A stretch of 64,000 nt of DNA, from positions 69,754 to 133,753 of the forward strand of contig PEWV01000071.1 of NCBI GenBank assembly GCA_002780005.1. The letters run 5' to 3'. This document shows positions 18,599 to 29,804 of the stretch, piece after piece. The notes below the pieces were generated by a model. It saw only the letters and a program-made list of their open reading frames with translations. It ran no database searches and was not told where the DNA came from. Every line of letters starts with the position of its first letter. Position 1 is the stretch's first letter. Position numbers and translations under genes: made by a program. This DNA comes from Candidatus Aquitaenariimonas noxiae (GTDB lineage Bacteria > Omnitrophota > Gorgyraeia > Aquitaenariimonadales > Aquitaenariimonadaceae).

Positions 18599-20660
18599 AA
18601 ATCAAAATTTTCCAAAAAGCAAAGAAAGCGGAATTTCTAACGGGGCAAGTGAACCCAGTTTCGCAGAAATAGCATTAGGGCTGCCCATTGATAAGCTTTT
18701 TGATTATCGCATTCCGCCTGAACTTGAAAAAGAAATAGCTGTTGGGAAACGCGTGTGGGTCCCTTTTCAAAACAAAAGAAAAGTCGGATATGTGGTAGCC
18801 ATAAAGAGCGTATCAGATGTGGAAAATGTTAAAACAATAGAAGAGATTATAGATAAAGAACCACTGATCGATCCGGAGATCCTTACTCTTTCCAAAAAAA
18901 TCGCCGAGTACTACTTCGCTTCATGGGGCCAGGCCATCGAAGCAAGCATACCGATAGCGTTAAAAAAGGGAAAGGTGAAAATGGGGCACCGAAAAACAAA
19001 GATAGAAGGTGAGCCCTACCCCAGCGAAGAATTAAAATTGCCGCACACCTTAACAGGAGAGCAGGAAGAAGCCCTGGCGGCTATATTGAAATCGCTGGAA
19101 GGCAATAAACATACCACGTTTCTTTTGCACGGCATTACGGCCAGCGGCAAGACGGAAATTTACCTAAGGGTGATCAAGCGCGCACTTGAACTGGGAAGGT
19201 CCAGTATCGTATTAGTTCCTGAAATATCCCTTACCCCTCAGACCGTCGAGAGGTTTAAGTCAAGGTTTGGGGATAATATAGCAGTGCTGCATTCGAAACT
19301 ATCTGAAGGTATGCGTTTCCATGAATGGGAGCGAATAAAAAGCGGGGAGGTAAAAATCGTAGTGGGCGCGAGGTCGGCTATATTCAGTCCCGTAAAAAAT
19401 TTAGGAACTATAATACTGGACGAAGAGCATGAAACATCTTACAAGCAGGAAGAGGCGCCGCGGTACCACGCCAGAGAAGTAGCGCAAATGAGATCGGAGA
19501 TCGCCGAGTGCCCGTTAATATTAGGCACGGCAACGCCGTCTATGGAGTCATATTATAAAGCAGAAAAAGGGGAGTTTAAACTTCTCGAGCTCACTAAAAG
19601 AATAGACAATATGGTTTTGCCCAAAGTTACCATTGTTGATATGAAAAAGGAGCTTCACGAAACGCGAAAAATCGCCGTGTTCTCGCGCCTCTTAAAAAAT
19701 AAAATCGAAGAAGCAGCGCAGAAAAATGAACAGGTCATTTTATTCCTGAATAGGCGAGGTTTCTCGACATTCGTGAATTGCAAAAAATGCGGTTTTGTGG
19801 CCAAGTGCTCAAAGTGCGACAGCGTGATGGTTTACCATTTCGCGACTCAAAAACTTACCTGCCACTGGTGCAATTCGAGTATGCTGCCGCCTAAAATCTG
19901 CCCGAGCTGCCAAGGCAATTATATTAGCTATTTCGGCCTGGGGACAGAAAAAGTCGAGGAGGAACTGCGTCATATGCTCCCGTATACACGCATAGAGCGC
20001 ATGGATACGGATAGTACCGCAAAAAAAGGTTCGCACGCCAGGATCTTAGGCGATTTTAAACGAGGCATCATAAAGGTGCTCATAGGAACACAAATGATCG
20101 CCAAGGGGCTTGATTTTCCCAATGTAACGCTGGTGGGAGTAATATCTGCCGACACGGGGTTAAATCTGCCTGATTTCAGGGCGAGTGAGCGGACATTCTG
20201 TCTCCTTACGCAGGTAGCGGGGCGGGCGGGAAGGGGTGAATTAGGCGGCGAGGTGGTAATTCAAACCTACGCCCCGGAGCATTACGCCGTCGCATCCAGC
20301 ATGAAGCATGACTACCAGGGTTTTTATGCAAAAGAGATAGAATCGAGAAGAGAGTTAGGATTGCCGCCTTTTTATCACATGGCACGAATTACTTTACAAG
20401 GGCGAAATAATGCGTATGCATTAGATGCGGCTGAAAAATTATCATCAGCCATAAGAGAATCATTTAAAGACAAACATATTTTTGTCTTAGGGCCTGTTCC
20501 CGCGATCGTTTCGAAATTACGCGGAAGGTATCGATGGAATATAATGATAAAGGGTAAAGATCCTTTCCGCCTAAATGAATGCTTGAAAAAAATCCTAAGT
20601 AATTATAAAATCGTAAAAGGGGTAGGGGCAATAGTAGATGTTGACCCTCTAACCATGTAA
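18582..20660 (+). CDS. priA: primosomal protein N' (replication restart helicase PriA)
   Basis: Walker A GITASGKTEIYL, DEEH box, a Cys-rich zinc-finger region CKKCGF..CSKCD...CHWC, and a C-terminal helicase domain. Confidence 0.9.
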   Translation: MASPVRNQNFPKSKESGISNGASEPSFAEIALGLPIDKLFDYRIPPELEKEIAVGKRVWVPFQNKRKVGYVVAIKSVSDVENVKTIEEIIDKEPLIDPEILTLSKKIAEYYFASWGQAIEASIPIALKKGKVKMGHRKTKIEGEPYPSEELKLPHTLTGEQEEALAAILKSLEGNKHTTFLLHGITASGKTEIYLRVIKRALELGRSSIVLVPEISLTPQTVERFKSRFGDNIAVLHSKLSEGMRFHEWERIKSGEVKIVVGARSAIFSPVKNLGTIILDEEHETSYKQEEAPRYHAREVAQMRSEIAECPLILGTATPSMESYYKAEKGEFKLLELTKRIDNMVLPKVTIVDMKKELHETRKIAVFSRLLKNKIEEAAQKNEQVILFLNRRGFSTFVNCKKCGFVAKCSKCDSVMVYHFATQKLTCHWCNSSMLPPKICPSCQGNYISYFGLGTEKVEEELRHMLPYTRIERMDTDSTAKKGSHARILGDFKRGIIKVLIGTQMIAKGLDFPNVTLVGVISADTGLNLPDFRASERTFCLLTQVAGRAGRGELGGEVVIQTYAPEHYAVASSMKHDYQGFYAKEIESRRELGLPPFYHMARITLQGRNNAYALDAAEKLSSAIRESFKDKHIFVLGPVPAIVSKLRGRYRWNIMIKGKDPFRLNECLKKILSNYKIVKGVGAIVDVDPLTM

Positions 20661-20675
20661 AACCGGAGGATAGGC

Positions 20676-21176
20676 ATGAGCATTCTAAAAATAGTTAAAT
20701 ATCCCGATAAGGTTCTAAAATGCAAAGCCATAGCCCTAGAAGACATAGATGCTAGCTTAATAAAGGTGCTTGCCAAGGATATGTTTGATACAATGTATTT
20801 AAACGACGGCGTAGGCCTCGCCGCCAACCAGATAGGAATTTCAAAACAGATCGCTGTAATGAACCCTACGGGCAGCAAGCAGGATGAAATAGTGCTAATA
20901 AATCCGGAGATCACTAAAAAAAGAGGGATGAGCAAGATGGAAGAGGGCTGTCTCAGTTTGCCCGGTATAAGCTCTGAAGTCAAACGCGCTAATGAAGTTG
21001 AAGTAAAATTCATGGATCTGGAAGGCAACTATAAGCACTTGAAGCTAAAAGGCCTTCCCGCAAGAATCGTACAGCACGAGCTTGATCACCTGAACGGTTT
21101 TTTATTTGTCGATAGGCTCAATTTTTTAAAACGCAAGACCCTCTTAAAAAAATTCGGCAAGCGGGGTAAGGCATGA
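20676..21176 (+). CDS. def: peptide deformylase
   Basis: GVGLAANQIG, EGCLSLPG and QHELDHLNG motifs. Confidence 0.9.
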   Translation: MSILKIVKYPDKVLKCKAIALEDIDASLIKVLAKDMFDTMYLNDGVGLAANQIGISKQIAVMNPTGSKQDEIVLINPEITKKRGMSKMEEGCLSLPGISSEVKRANEVEVKFMDLEGNYKHLKLKGLPARIVQHELDHLNGFLFVDRLNFLKRKTLLKKFGKRGKA

Positions 21177-22108
21177 AGATAGTGTTTTTTGGCACATCAT
21201 CCTTCGCGATATTACCGCTTCTCTCACTTGCGAAGAGCGACCATAAAATAACTGCGGTTATAACCCAGCCTGATAGAAGAAGCGGCAGGGGGTTGGTAAA
21301 AAGTTTTTCGCCGGTTAAGCTGATAGCTAACAAATACGATCTTCCGCTATATCAATCCCCGAGAGTCAGTAACGGCGATTTTGTAAAAACTTTAGAAAAA
21401 TTCAAGGCGGATATTTTTGTCGTTGTTTCTTTCGGGCAACTGCTTTCGAAAGACGTATTGTCAATACCGAAGACTTATTCGATAAATATACACCCATCTT
21501 TATTACCGAAATATAGGGGCGCCTCTCCTATAAACTGGGCAATCCTGAACGGGGAAACGACTACAGGCCTTACCATATTCAAGATGAACGAAAATATGGA
21601 TGCCGGAGATATTATAATTAAAGAAGCCATGGGTATCGATGAAAATGATAATGCGCTTGGCTTGGGTGAAAAACTTTCCAAATTAGGTTCTGAGCTGCTT
21701 ATCAAAGCCCTGGCGCTTATTGAAAAAAAGGAAGACGAGCTTACGCCCCAGGACGATGCGGAGGCCTCATGCGCCCCGAAATTAAAAAAAACCGACGGGG
21801 CTATCAATTGGAACAATAATACCAAAAAAATACATAACACGGTAAGGGGTGTGGTCCCGTGGCCGACAGCTTACACGAAATTAGAAGGTAAGCTGATAAA
21901 AATTTGGAAAACAAAGATGATACCCACCGCTTATAATGATAAAGCTGATCCGGGAACGATACTTAAGTTGGACAACGACGGCATAATAGTCGCGACAAGT
22001 GATGGCGCACTGGCAATCTGCGAGATGCAGGAAGAGGCCGGGAAAAAGATGTCCGCTGCAGCGTATTGCCGCGGCCATAAAATATCGAGCGGCAAAAAGT
22101 TTTCTTGA
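21173..22108 (+). CDS. fmt: methionyl-tRNA formyltransferase
   Basis: KIVFFGTSSFA...VITQPDRRSGRG, formyltransferase N- and C-domains, coupled to def. Confidence 0.9.
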   Translation: MKIVFFGTSSFAILPLLSLAKSDHKITAVITQPDRRSGRGLVKSFSPVKLIANKYDLPLYQSPRVSNGDFVKTLEKFKADIFVVVSFGQLLSKDVLSIPKTYSINIHPSLLPKYRGASPINWAILNGETTTGLTIFKMNENMDAGDIIIKEAMGIDENDNALGLGEKLSKLGSELLIKALALIEKKEDELTPQDDAEASCAPKLKKTDGAINWNNNTKKIHNTVRGVVPWPTAYTKLEGKLIKIWKTKMIPTAYNDKADPGTILKLDNDGIIVATSDGALAICEMQEEAGKKMSAAAYCRGHKISSGKKFS

Positions 22109-22125
22109 AAACCAACTTATTTTTC

Positions 22126-22153
22126 TTGATTTGTAAAAAATTTGTGTTATAAT
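22126..22153 (+). promoter_or_regulatory. sigma70-type promoter (TTGATT, 16-nt spacer, extended -10 TGtTATAAT) upstream of the gap-pgk-tpiA-secG operon
   Basis: Sequence cTTGATTtgtaaaaaatttgTGtTATAATggg lies 65 nt upstream of gap, with RBS AAAGGAGG before the ATG. Confidence 0.6.
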
Positions 22154-22200
22154 GGGCGACGATGAAAATAGAAAATCGGCCTTAAGCTGGAAGGCGTTAA

Positions 22201-23226
<1,026 letters not shown>

Positions 23227-23259
23227 TTTTTCGAAAGTTCGAAAGGGGGCTTGATTATT

Positions 23260-24471
23260 ATGGAAAAGAAGGACGTTAGAGACGTCAACATAACGGGAAA
23301 ACGCGTTTTGATGAGAGTTGACTTTAACGTCCCCCTTGATGAAAAATTAAACATAACAGACGACACCAGGATCCGAGCAGCCATGCCCACTATAAAGTAT
23401 ATCCTGGAAAAGGACGCGAAGCTCGTACTGATGAGCCATTTGGGCAGGCCTAAGGCAAAGCCGGCTGATGAATTCAGACTGACACCCGTTGCAAAAAGAC
23501 TTTCCGAGCTCTTAAAAAAACAGGTCCCCAAGCTTGACGACTGCATCGGGCCTGAAGTGGAAAAAAGGGTCGCGGAGATGAAGGCTGGAGACGTGATCTT
23601 ACTTGAAAACGTGAGATTTCATCCCGGGGAAGAAGAAAACGATGAGGCGTTTTCGAAAAAACTGGCTTCGCTTGGCGAGGTTTTCGTGAATGACGCCTTT
23701 GGTTCATGCCACAGGGCGCACGCCTCGGTCGAAGGCGTAACCAAGTATCTCCCTTCTGTGGCCGGTTTTCTGGTAGAGAAGGAAATAACATATTTTGAAA
23801 AAGTGTTGAAAAACCCGGAAAAACCCTTCAGCCTTATTTTGGGCGGCGCTAAAGTATCGGATAAGATAGGCGTCATAAAAAATATGCTGAAGCTTGCAGA
23901 TTTCTTGTTCATAGGCGGCGCCATGGCTTACACTTTTCTAAAGTCGCGCCATATCGGCGTAGGCGCCTCAAGGGTTGAAGAGAAAAAATTAAAGCTAGCG
24001 GCAAAGATCTTTGAGGATGCGGCAAAAGAAAAAACCAGCATCATTTTACCCGAAGACCATATTGTGGCGGACAGGATAGCGGAAGACGCCAACATACAGT
24101 ATATAGATGACATATCCATACCCGAGGATATGATAGGCCTTGATATAGGACCGAAAACTGTAGCAAAGTTCAAATCGATACTCAAAGATTCAAAAACAAT
24201 TGTTTGGAACGGCCCTTTAGGATTCTTTGAACTTCCTCCTTTTAGCAAGGGCACGGCAGAAATAGCAAGGTTCATCACGACCCTTGACGCGACAACGGTC
24301 ATAGGGGGAGGGGACACCGCAGCCGCAATTACCCAACTTGGCCTTGAAGATAAGATGTCTCACATATCGACGGGCGGGGGCGCCTCCTTAGAATACCTGG
24401 AAGGGAAGATATTGCCGGGCATTGCGGCATTAAACGACAAAAAAAATAGCCATCGGAGCGTTTATGCGTAG
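23260..24471 (+). CDS. pgk: phosphoglycerate kinase
   Basis: GKRVLMRVDFNVP N-terminus. The track ORF begins at a TTG at 23251. The ATG at 23260 (MEKK) is more plausible. Confidence 0.9.
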   Translation: MEKKDVRDVNITGKRVLMRVDFNVPLDEKLNITDDTRIRAAMPTIKYILEKDAKLVLMSHLGRPKAKPADEFRLTPVAKRLSELLKKQVPKLDDCIGPEVEKRVAEMKAGDVILLENVRFHPGEEENDEAFSKKLASLGEVFVNDAFGSCHRAHASVEGVTKYLPSVAGFLVEKEITYFEKVLKNPEKPFSLILGGAKVSDKIGVIKNMLKLADFLFIGGAMAYTFLKSRHIGVGASRVEEKKLKLAAKIFEDAAKEKTSIILPEDHIVADRIAEDANIQYIDDISIPEDMIGLDIGPKTVAKFKSILKDSKTIVWNGPLGFFELPPFSKGTAEIARFITTLDATTVIGGGDTAAAITQLGLEDKMSHISTGGGASLEYLEGKILPGIAALNDKKNSHRSVYA

Positions 24472-25225
24472 ACCTATTATAGCCGGAAACTGGAAAATGA
24501 ATAAGACGATCGGCGAGTCGATAGAATTATCCACCGCGCTCAAAAGGGTTTTATTCGATGAGGGATCGGTCGACATAGTCCTGTGTCCTCCGTTTACCGC
24601 GTTAAGCGAGGTTGCGGAAACTATTTTGGATTCGAATTTAGCCTTAGGCGCTCAAAACTGTTTTTGGGAAGAGAAAGGCGCCTACACGGGGGAAATTTCT
24701 CCTCTTATGCTGAAAGACCTGGGCTGCAAGTATACAATAGTCGGCCATTCCGAAAGGCGGCAATATTTCGGGGAAACGAACCAGCTTGTCAATAAAAAGA
24801 TCAAGACCTTATTAAAAATAGGCATAAACCCTATCATGTGCATAGGCGAAAATTTGGAAGAAAGGGAATCCGGTAAAACCTTTGATATTATAAACAATCA
24901 CATTGAAGGCGGACTTCTGGACATATCAAGCGATGAACTGCTCAAAATAACCATCGCTTACGAGCCTGTATGGGCGATAGGAACGGGAAGGAATGCCACG
25001 CCCGAGCAAGCGGGCGAGGTGCACAGGTTTATACGCAAAAAAATAGAGAAACTTTATAACGGGGAGTCTGCGACGCTTTTAAGGATCCAGTACGGCGGAA
25101 GCGTGACGCCCGAAAATATATCCGACTTGATAAAAGACCCCGATATTGACGGCGCTTTAGTCGGAGGCGCAAGCCTAAAATCCGATTCTTTCGTTAAAAT
25201 AGTAAAAGCGGCTTCCAATAAATAA
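24464..25225 (+). CDS. tpiA: triose-phosphate isomerase
   Basis: IIAGNWKMN, IVGHSERR and AYEPVWAIGTG motifs. Confidence 0.92.
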   Translation: MRRPIIAGNWKMNKTIGESIELSTALKRVLFDEGSVDIVLCPPFTALSEVAETILDSNLALGAQNCFWEEKGAYTGEISPLMLKDLGCKYTIVGHSERRQYFGETNQLVNKKIKTLLKIGINPIMCIGENLEERESGKTFDIINNHIEGGLLDISSDELLKITIAYEPVWAIGTGRNATPEQAGEVHRFIRKKIEKLYNGESATLLRIQYGGSVTPENISDLIKDPDIDGALVGGASLKSDSFVKIVKAASNK

Positions 25226-25245
25226 TAACGCGCGAGGAAGGTAAT

Positions 25246-25581
25246 ATGTATATATTTTTAATAGTACTGCATGTAATCGCTTCTTTAGTTCTTATTGCGA
25301 CAATATTGCTGCAGGCGGGAAAAGGCGGCGGCTTAAGCGAAATGTTCGAAAGTGGTTCCGTGCAAAGCATATTGGGAACCAGCTCTGCCGCATTTTTGAA
25401 GAAGTTTACAGCCATATGCGCAGTCATCTTTTTGACCACATCTCTTACGCTTGCCATATATTCTAGCCGAAGGGCGAGATCTCTTATGGACAGGGTTAGG
25501 GTCGTGGGAGGTGGAATGGAAACAACACCCATGCAAGTTCCAGCCCCGGCAGGTCAAAATGATACACAAAAAGCGCAATAA
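25246..25581 (+). CDS. secG: preprotein translocase subunit SecG
   Basis: LLQAGKGGGLS motif, two TM helices, operon position after tpiA. Confidence 0.85.
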   Translation: MYIFLIVLHVIASLVLIATILLQAGKGGGLSEMFESGSVQSILGTSSAAFLKKFTAICAVIFLTTSLTLAIYSSRRARSLMDRVRVVGGGMETTPMQVPAPAGQNDTQKAQ

Positions 25582-27193
25582 GAAGTCGCTTTTTCTTTTC
25601 TCTAAATTAATACCGCTATTATTCGCGGTATTAATTTTATATCCCCAAAGTCCTGTATTTGCTCAAAAAAATCTCCAACCCTCAAGCGGCGACGCCTTTG
25701 TTACGGCTGAGATAGGCGACGCCAGAATACTTATTCCGTTCTTGGCGGATGATAGCGCTTCAAGCGGCCTTTGCGGACTAATATTTAACGGCCTCACAAA
25801 GCTCGACAGAGATCTTGACATAGTCGGTGATGCGGCAGAGCGATGGGAAGTCTCGGAAGACGGCCTTGTAATTACTTTCTATTTAAGAAAAAACATAAAG
25901 TGGCATGACGGATACCCTTTTACCTCCCAAGATATAAAATTTACATATGACCTTATAAGAGACCCTCAAAACGGCTGTCCGTATATCTCGAGCTACGCTG
26001 ATATCGAAAAAATGGATATTTTAGACGATTATACGATCCGTTTTAAATATAAAAAACCTTATGCCCCGGCGCTTCTAAAGCTGGGCATGGGCATAGTTCC
26101 GAAACATATATTGCAAGGCCAGGATATGAGAACTTCTGATTTTAAACGAAACCCCATCGGCACAGGGCCTTATAAATTCAAGAAATGGAAGACTGATGAA
26201 TATACGGTATTAGAAGCGAACGAGGAGTACTTTGAACACGCGCCATACATCCAAAGGCATATAACAAGGATCATCCCCAATCAAGCCATACAATTCCTTG
26301 AGCTTGTCGCGGGGTCGGTAGATTCCATGACCCTCACTCCTTATCAATATATTTATAGAACTTCAGGCCCCAGATTTACCAAAAGCTTCAATAAATATAG
26401 CTACTTATCGCACGCTTATACCTATATCGGTTATAATTTGGAAGACCCGCTTTTCAAAGACAGGCGGGTAAGACAGGCCCTTTCGTACGCGATCGATAAA
26501 AAGGAAATTATAGACGGGGTATTGTTAGGCCTCGGGGAGATCTGCAGCGGCCCGTTTTTAAAAGGAACTAGATTCTATAATGAAGAGGCGGAGGGTTATC
26601 CATACGATATAGAAAAGGCAAAAACCCTGCTTGGCGAAGCAGGATGGTCAGACCATGACGGAGACGGAATATTAGATAAGGATGGGATCCCCTTTAAGTT
26701 CAAGCTTATAACAAATCAGGGAAACAAGGCCCGCCAAGACATAGCCACTATTGCCCAAAGACAGCTATCCAGGCTCGGAATTAAAGTAGAAATACAAACT
26801 ATAGCGTGGGCTGCTTTTTTAAACGAATTTATCGATAAGAAAAAATTTCAGGCCGTGATCTTGGGTTGGACAACGCCACAGGACCCTGATTGCTACAGCG
26901 TATGGCACTCCGAAGCCGCGCAAGAGGGAGGACTCAATTTTATTTCATATAAAAATAAAGAAGTCGATGAGCTTATAGTAAAAGGAAATACGACATTCGA
27001 TGTTGAAAAACGCGAAGCAATTTATAAAAAAATCCACAAAATCATTTCTGTCGACGCACCGTACACATTTTTATATTTTCCGTATGCGACGCCGGCCGTG
27101 TCGAAAAGATTCCGTGGCATCGACCCTGCTCCGGCCGGCATAGGTTATAATTTCATTGATTGGCATGTTTCGCCTGACGAAAGAAAATATTAG
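25559..27193 (+). CDS. ABC transporter substrate-binding protein, family 5 (OppA/DppA-like)
   Basis: About 545 aa, signal peptide MIHKKRNKKSLFLFSKLIPLLFAVLILYPQSPVFA, and SBP_bac_5 size and architecture. The upstream TTG extension at 25451 overlaps secG and was rejected. Confidence 0.8.
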   Translation: MIHKKRNKKSLFLFSKLIPLLFAVLILYPQSPVFAQKNLQPSSGDAFVTAEIGDARILIPFLADDSASSGLCGLIFNGLTKLDRDLDIVGDAAERWEVSEDGLVITFYLRKNIKWHDGYPFTSQDIKFTYDLIRDPQNGCPYISSYADIEKMDILDDYTIRFKYKKPYAPALLKLGMGIVPKHILQGQDMRTSDFKRNPIGTGPYKFKKWKTDEYTVLEANEEYFEHAPYIQRHITRIIPNQAIQFLELVAGSVDSMTLTPYQYIYRTSGPRFTKSFNKYSYLSHAYTYIGYNLEDPLFKDRRVRQALSYAIDKKEIIDGVLLGLGEICSGPFLKGTRFYNEEAEGYPYDIEKAKTLLGEAGWSDHDGDGILDKDGIPFKFKLITNQGNKARQDIATIAQRQLSRLGIKVEIQTIAWAAFLNEFIDKKKFQAVILGWTTPQDPDCYSVWHSEAAQEGGLNFISYKNKEVDELIVKGNTTFDVEKREAIYKKIHKIISVDAPYTFLYFPYATPAVSKRFRGIDPAPAGIGYNFIDWHVSPDERKY

Positions 27194-27196
27194 GCC

Positions 27197-28168
27197 ATGA
27201 TAACATACATTTTCAGAAGATTGCTCTCGATGATACCGATGCTGATCGGGATTTCTCTGGTAACGCTTATAATAATGCATCTGGCGCCCGGGGACCCCAC
27301 CAGCATACGATACGGCCTCAATCCTGAGGTCTCGCAAAGCGCCAGGGCCAAGCTGGTCCAGCTATACGGATTAGATAAGCCTATACTTACGCAATACGTT
27401 ATGTGGCTTAAAAGGATTCTAACTCTCGACTTTGGAAGGTCTCTCTTGGACGACAGGCCAGTCATAACAAAAATAATGGAGCGCCTTCCGGCAACGCTTT
27501 TACTGAATATACTTTCTTTGATTTTGATCTTTGGCATTGCTCTGCCTATAGGCGTAACGGCGGCCGTGAAATACGATTCCGTGTTTGATAAAGTTACTAC
27601 GATCTTTGTTTTTATAGGGTTCGCGACCCCGACATTCTGGTTCGCGCTCATGCTGATCATGCTATTCGGATTTCAGCTTGGCTGGTTTCCGATATCTGGC
27701 ATGCGGCCATGGTATGTCGAATATTATTCCTTAGGCGGCCAAATAAAGGATCTCGTATGGCACCTCATACTTCCGCTCGTCGCGACCAGCTTCGGAGGAT
27801 TGGCAGGCATTTCGCGATACGCTAAATCGAGCATGCTTGAGGCAATACGCCAAGATTATATCCGGACCGCCAGATCAAAAGGATTAAAGGAACGCCGCGT
27901 AATATACAGACATGCACTTAAAAACGCAGTTCTTCCTTTAATTACGATACTCGGGTTTATTTTGCCGTCTTTAATAGGGGGGAGTTTTATTTTTGAAACA
28001 ATATTCGCATGGCCGGGCATGGGCAGACTCGGCTACGAGGCTATTATGAATTATGATTATACAACAGTAATGGGAGTAGGAATAATTTCGACACTCTTGA
28101 CGCTAGTCGGCATTTTAATATCGGATATAGCGTACGCAGTGGTCGATCCAAGAATAAGATATAAATAA
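27197..28168 (+). CDS. ABC transporter permease (OppB/DppB-like)
   Basis: EAIRQDYIRTARSKGL...R.I..HALKNA signature (binding-protein-dependent transport EAA loop). Confidence 0.88.
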   Translation: MITYIFRRLLSMIPMLIGISLVTLIIMHLAPGDPTSIRYGLNPEVSQSARAKLVQLYGLDKPILTQYVMWLKRILTLDFGRSLLDDRPVITKIMERLPATLLLNILSLILIFGIALPIGVTAAVKYDSVFDKVTTIFVFIGFATPTFWFALMLIMLFGFQLGWFPISGMRPWYVEYYSLGGQIKDLVWHLILPLVATSFGGLAGISRYAKSSMLEAIRQDYIRTARSKGLKERRVIYRHALKNAVLPLITILGFILPSLIGGSFIFETIFAWPGMGRLGYEAIMNYDYTTVMGVGIISTLLTLVGILISDIAYAVVDPRIRYK

Positions 28169-28170
28169 AC

Positions 28171-28995
28171 ATGAGACTGGTCTTCAAGCAGAAAAAAATC
28201 ATATTCGGGTTAGGGTTGATCATAATAATGATCGCCCTGGCAATATTCGCAAAGTTCATTTGTCCGCAAGACCCGTATCAAATAAACCTGGGAGAGCATG
28301 AAAAGCTCCAACCCCCGTCTTTTGAACATTTTTTCGGCACGGATGACCTTGGAAGAGACGTGTTCACCCGCATAGTATACGGGGCAAGAATCTCTATCTC
28401 TGTCGGATTCATCGCTGTTTTAATATCTCTTTTAATAGGGGTGCTCCTGGGCGCCGTATCGGGTTATTATGGCGGAAAGGCCGACTGGCTTATAATGAGA
28501 CTCGTGGAGATCATGCTCTGCATACCGACCATATTCTTGATACTGATGGCGCTGGCATTTTTAGGGCCAAGCATAAGAAATGTCATGATCATAATCGGCC
28601 TTACAAGCTGGGCCGGCCTGGCAAGATTGGTAAGGGCCGAGTTTCTTACGTTAAGGGAAAGAGATTACGTGCTTGCGGCAAAAATTCTCGGCGCATCCGA
28701 CGCCAGGATAATATTCCGCCACATTCTACCGAACGCGTTAAGCCCGGTTTGGGTAAACGCCACATTAGGAGTTGGCGGCGCCATATTGATCGAGGCAGCC
28801 TTAAGCTTTTTAGGCCTTGGCGTTCAAATCCCGACCCCAAGCTGGGGAAATATATTAACGGACGGGATTTATTATGTCGATAGCGCCTGGTGGCTTATGA
28901 TATTCCCGGGTTTATTTATACTTACAACCGTATTGAGTTTTAACCTGGTAGGGGAAGGCCTGCGGGATGTGCTGGACCCCAGGCTCAGGAAATAG
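28171..28995 (+). CDS. ABC transporter permease (OppC/DppC-like)
   Basis: 6 TM, EAA-like loop, paired with the preceding permease. Confidence 0.85.
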   Translation: MRLVFKQKKIIFGLGLIIIMIALAIFAKFICPQDPYQINLGEHEKLQPPSFEHFFGTDDLGRDVFTRIVYGARISISVGFIAVLISLLIGVLLGAVSGYYGGKADWLIMRLVEIMLCIPTIFLILMALAFLGPSIRNVMIIIGLTSWAGLARLVRAEFLTLRERDYVLAAKILGASDARIIFRHILPNALSPVWVNATLGVGGAILIEAALSFLGLGVQIPTPSWGNILTDGIYYVDSAWWLMIFPGLFILTTVLSFNLVGEGLRDVLDPRLRK

Positions 28996-29006
28996 GCGAT
29001 AAAATA

Positions 29007-29804
29007 ATGAATATACTAGAGGTAAGGGACTTAAAAATCTATTTTTACGCCGAACAGGGCATTGTCAAGGCAGTGGACGGGATAAGTTTCGATATTAAAA
29101 AAGGGTCGACGCTCGGCCTAGCCGGAGAATCCGGTTCGGGCAAAACCGTTACTGCGCTATCAATATTAAACTTGGTGGATCCGCCGGGTAAAATTATAAA
29201 TGGCCAAATTAAATATAACGGCGCATCTTTATTGGACTTGGATGCCGAAAAAATGAGAATGCTAAGAGGCAAGGAAATTTCGATCGTTTTTCAGGAACCG
29301 CTCACTGCGCTTAATCCCGTCTTAAGCATCGAGGAGCAGATGTACGAAATGCTGCTCGCGCATAGAAGGTTGTCGAAAAACGGATGCCACAAGATAGTGA
29401 TAGAATATCTTAAAAAAGTGAACATACCATCGCCGCAGAAGATACTAAAAGATTACCCGCACCAGTTAAGCGGAGGCACCAGGCAAAGGGTGATGATAGC
29501 GATGTCGCTTCTTTTAAACCCAAAACTGATCATCCTGGACGAGCCCACGACGGCGCTTGATGTGACGATCCAGGCAGCTATTCTGGATTTGCTTATGCAG
29601 CTCAAGGAAGAAATGGATCTATCAATACTTTTCATAACCCATGACCTTGGCATAATAGCCGAAATTGCCGACGATGTTGTGATATTGGAAAAGGGCAGGG
29701 TCGTTGAAAAGGCTGGCACACTTGAGATTTTCGAGAATCCTAAAAATGATTATACAAAACGCCTGCTTAACGCGGCGAGATTCTTAGAGGTATCACCTTT
29801 ATGA
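29007..29804 (+). CDS. ABC transporter ATP-binding protein (OppD/DppD-like)
   Basis: Walker A GESGSGKT, signature LSGGTRQR, Walker B ILDEPTTALD. Confidence 0.9.
   Translation: MNILEVRDLKIYFYAEQGIVKAVDGISFDIKKGSTLGLAGESGSGKTVTALSILNLVDPPGKIINGQIKYNGASLLDLDAEKMRMLRGKEISIVFQEPLTALNPVLSIEEQMYEMLLAHRRLSKNGCHKIVIEYLKKVNIPSPQKILKDYPHQLSGGTRQRVMIAMSLLLNPKLIILDEPTTALDVTIQAAILDLLMQLKEEMDLSILFITHDLGIIAEIADDVVILEKGRVVEKAGTLEIFENPKNDYTKRLLNAARFLEVSPL

Noticed and set aside
25451..25558. Upstream TTG extension of the substrate-binding protein
   Set aside because: It would overlap secG by 130 nt. The ATG at 25559 begins a typical signal peptide.
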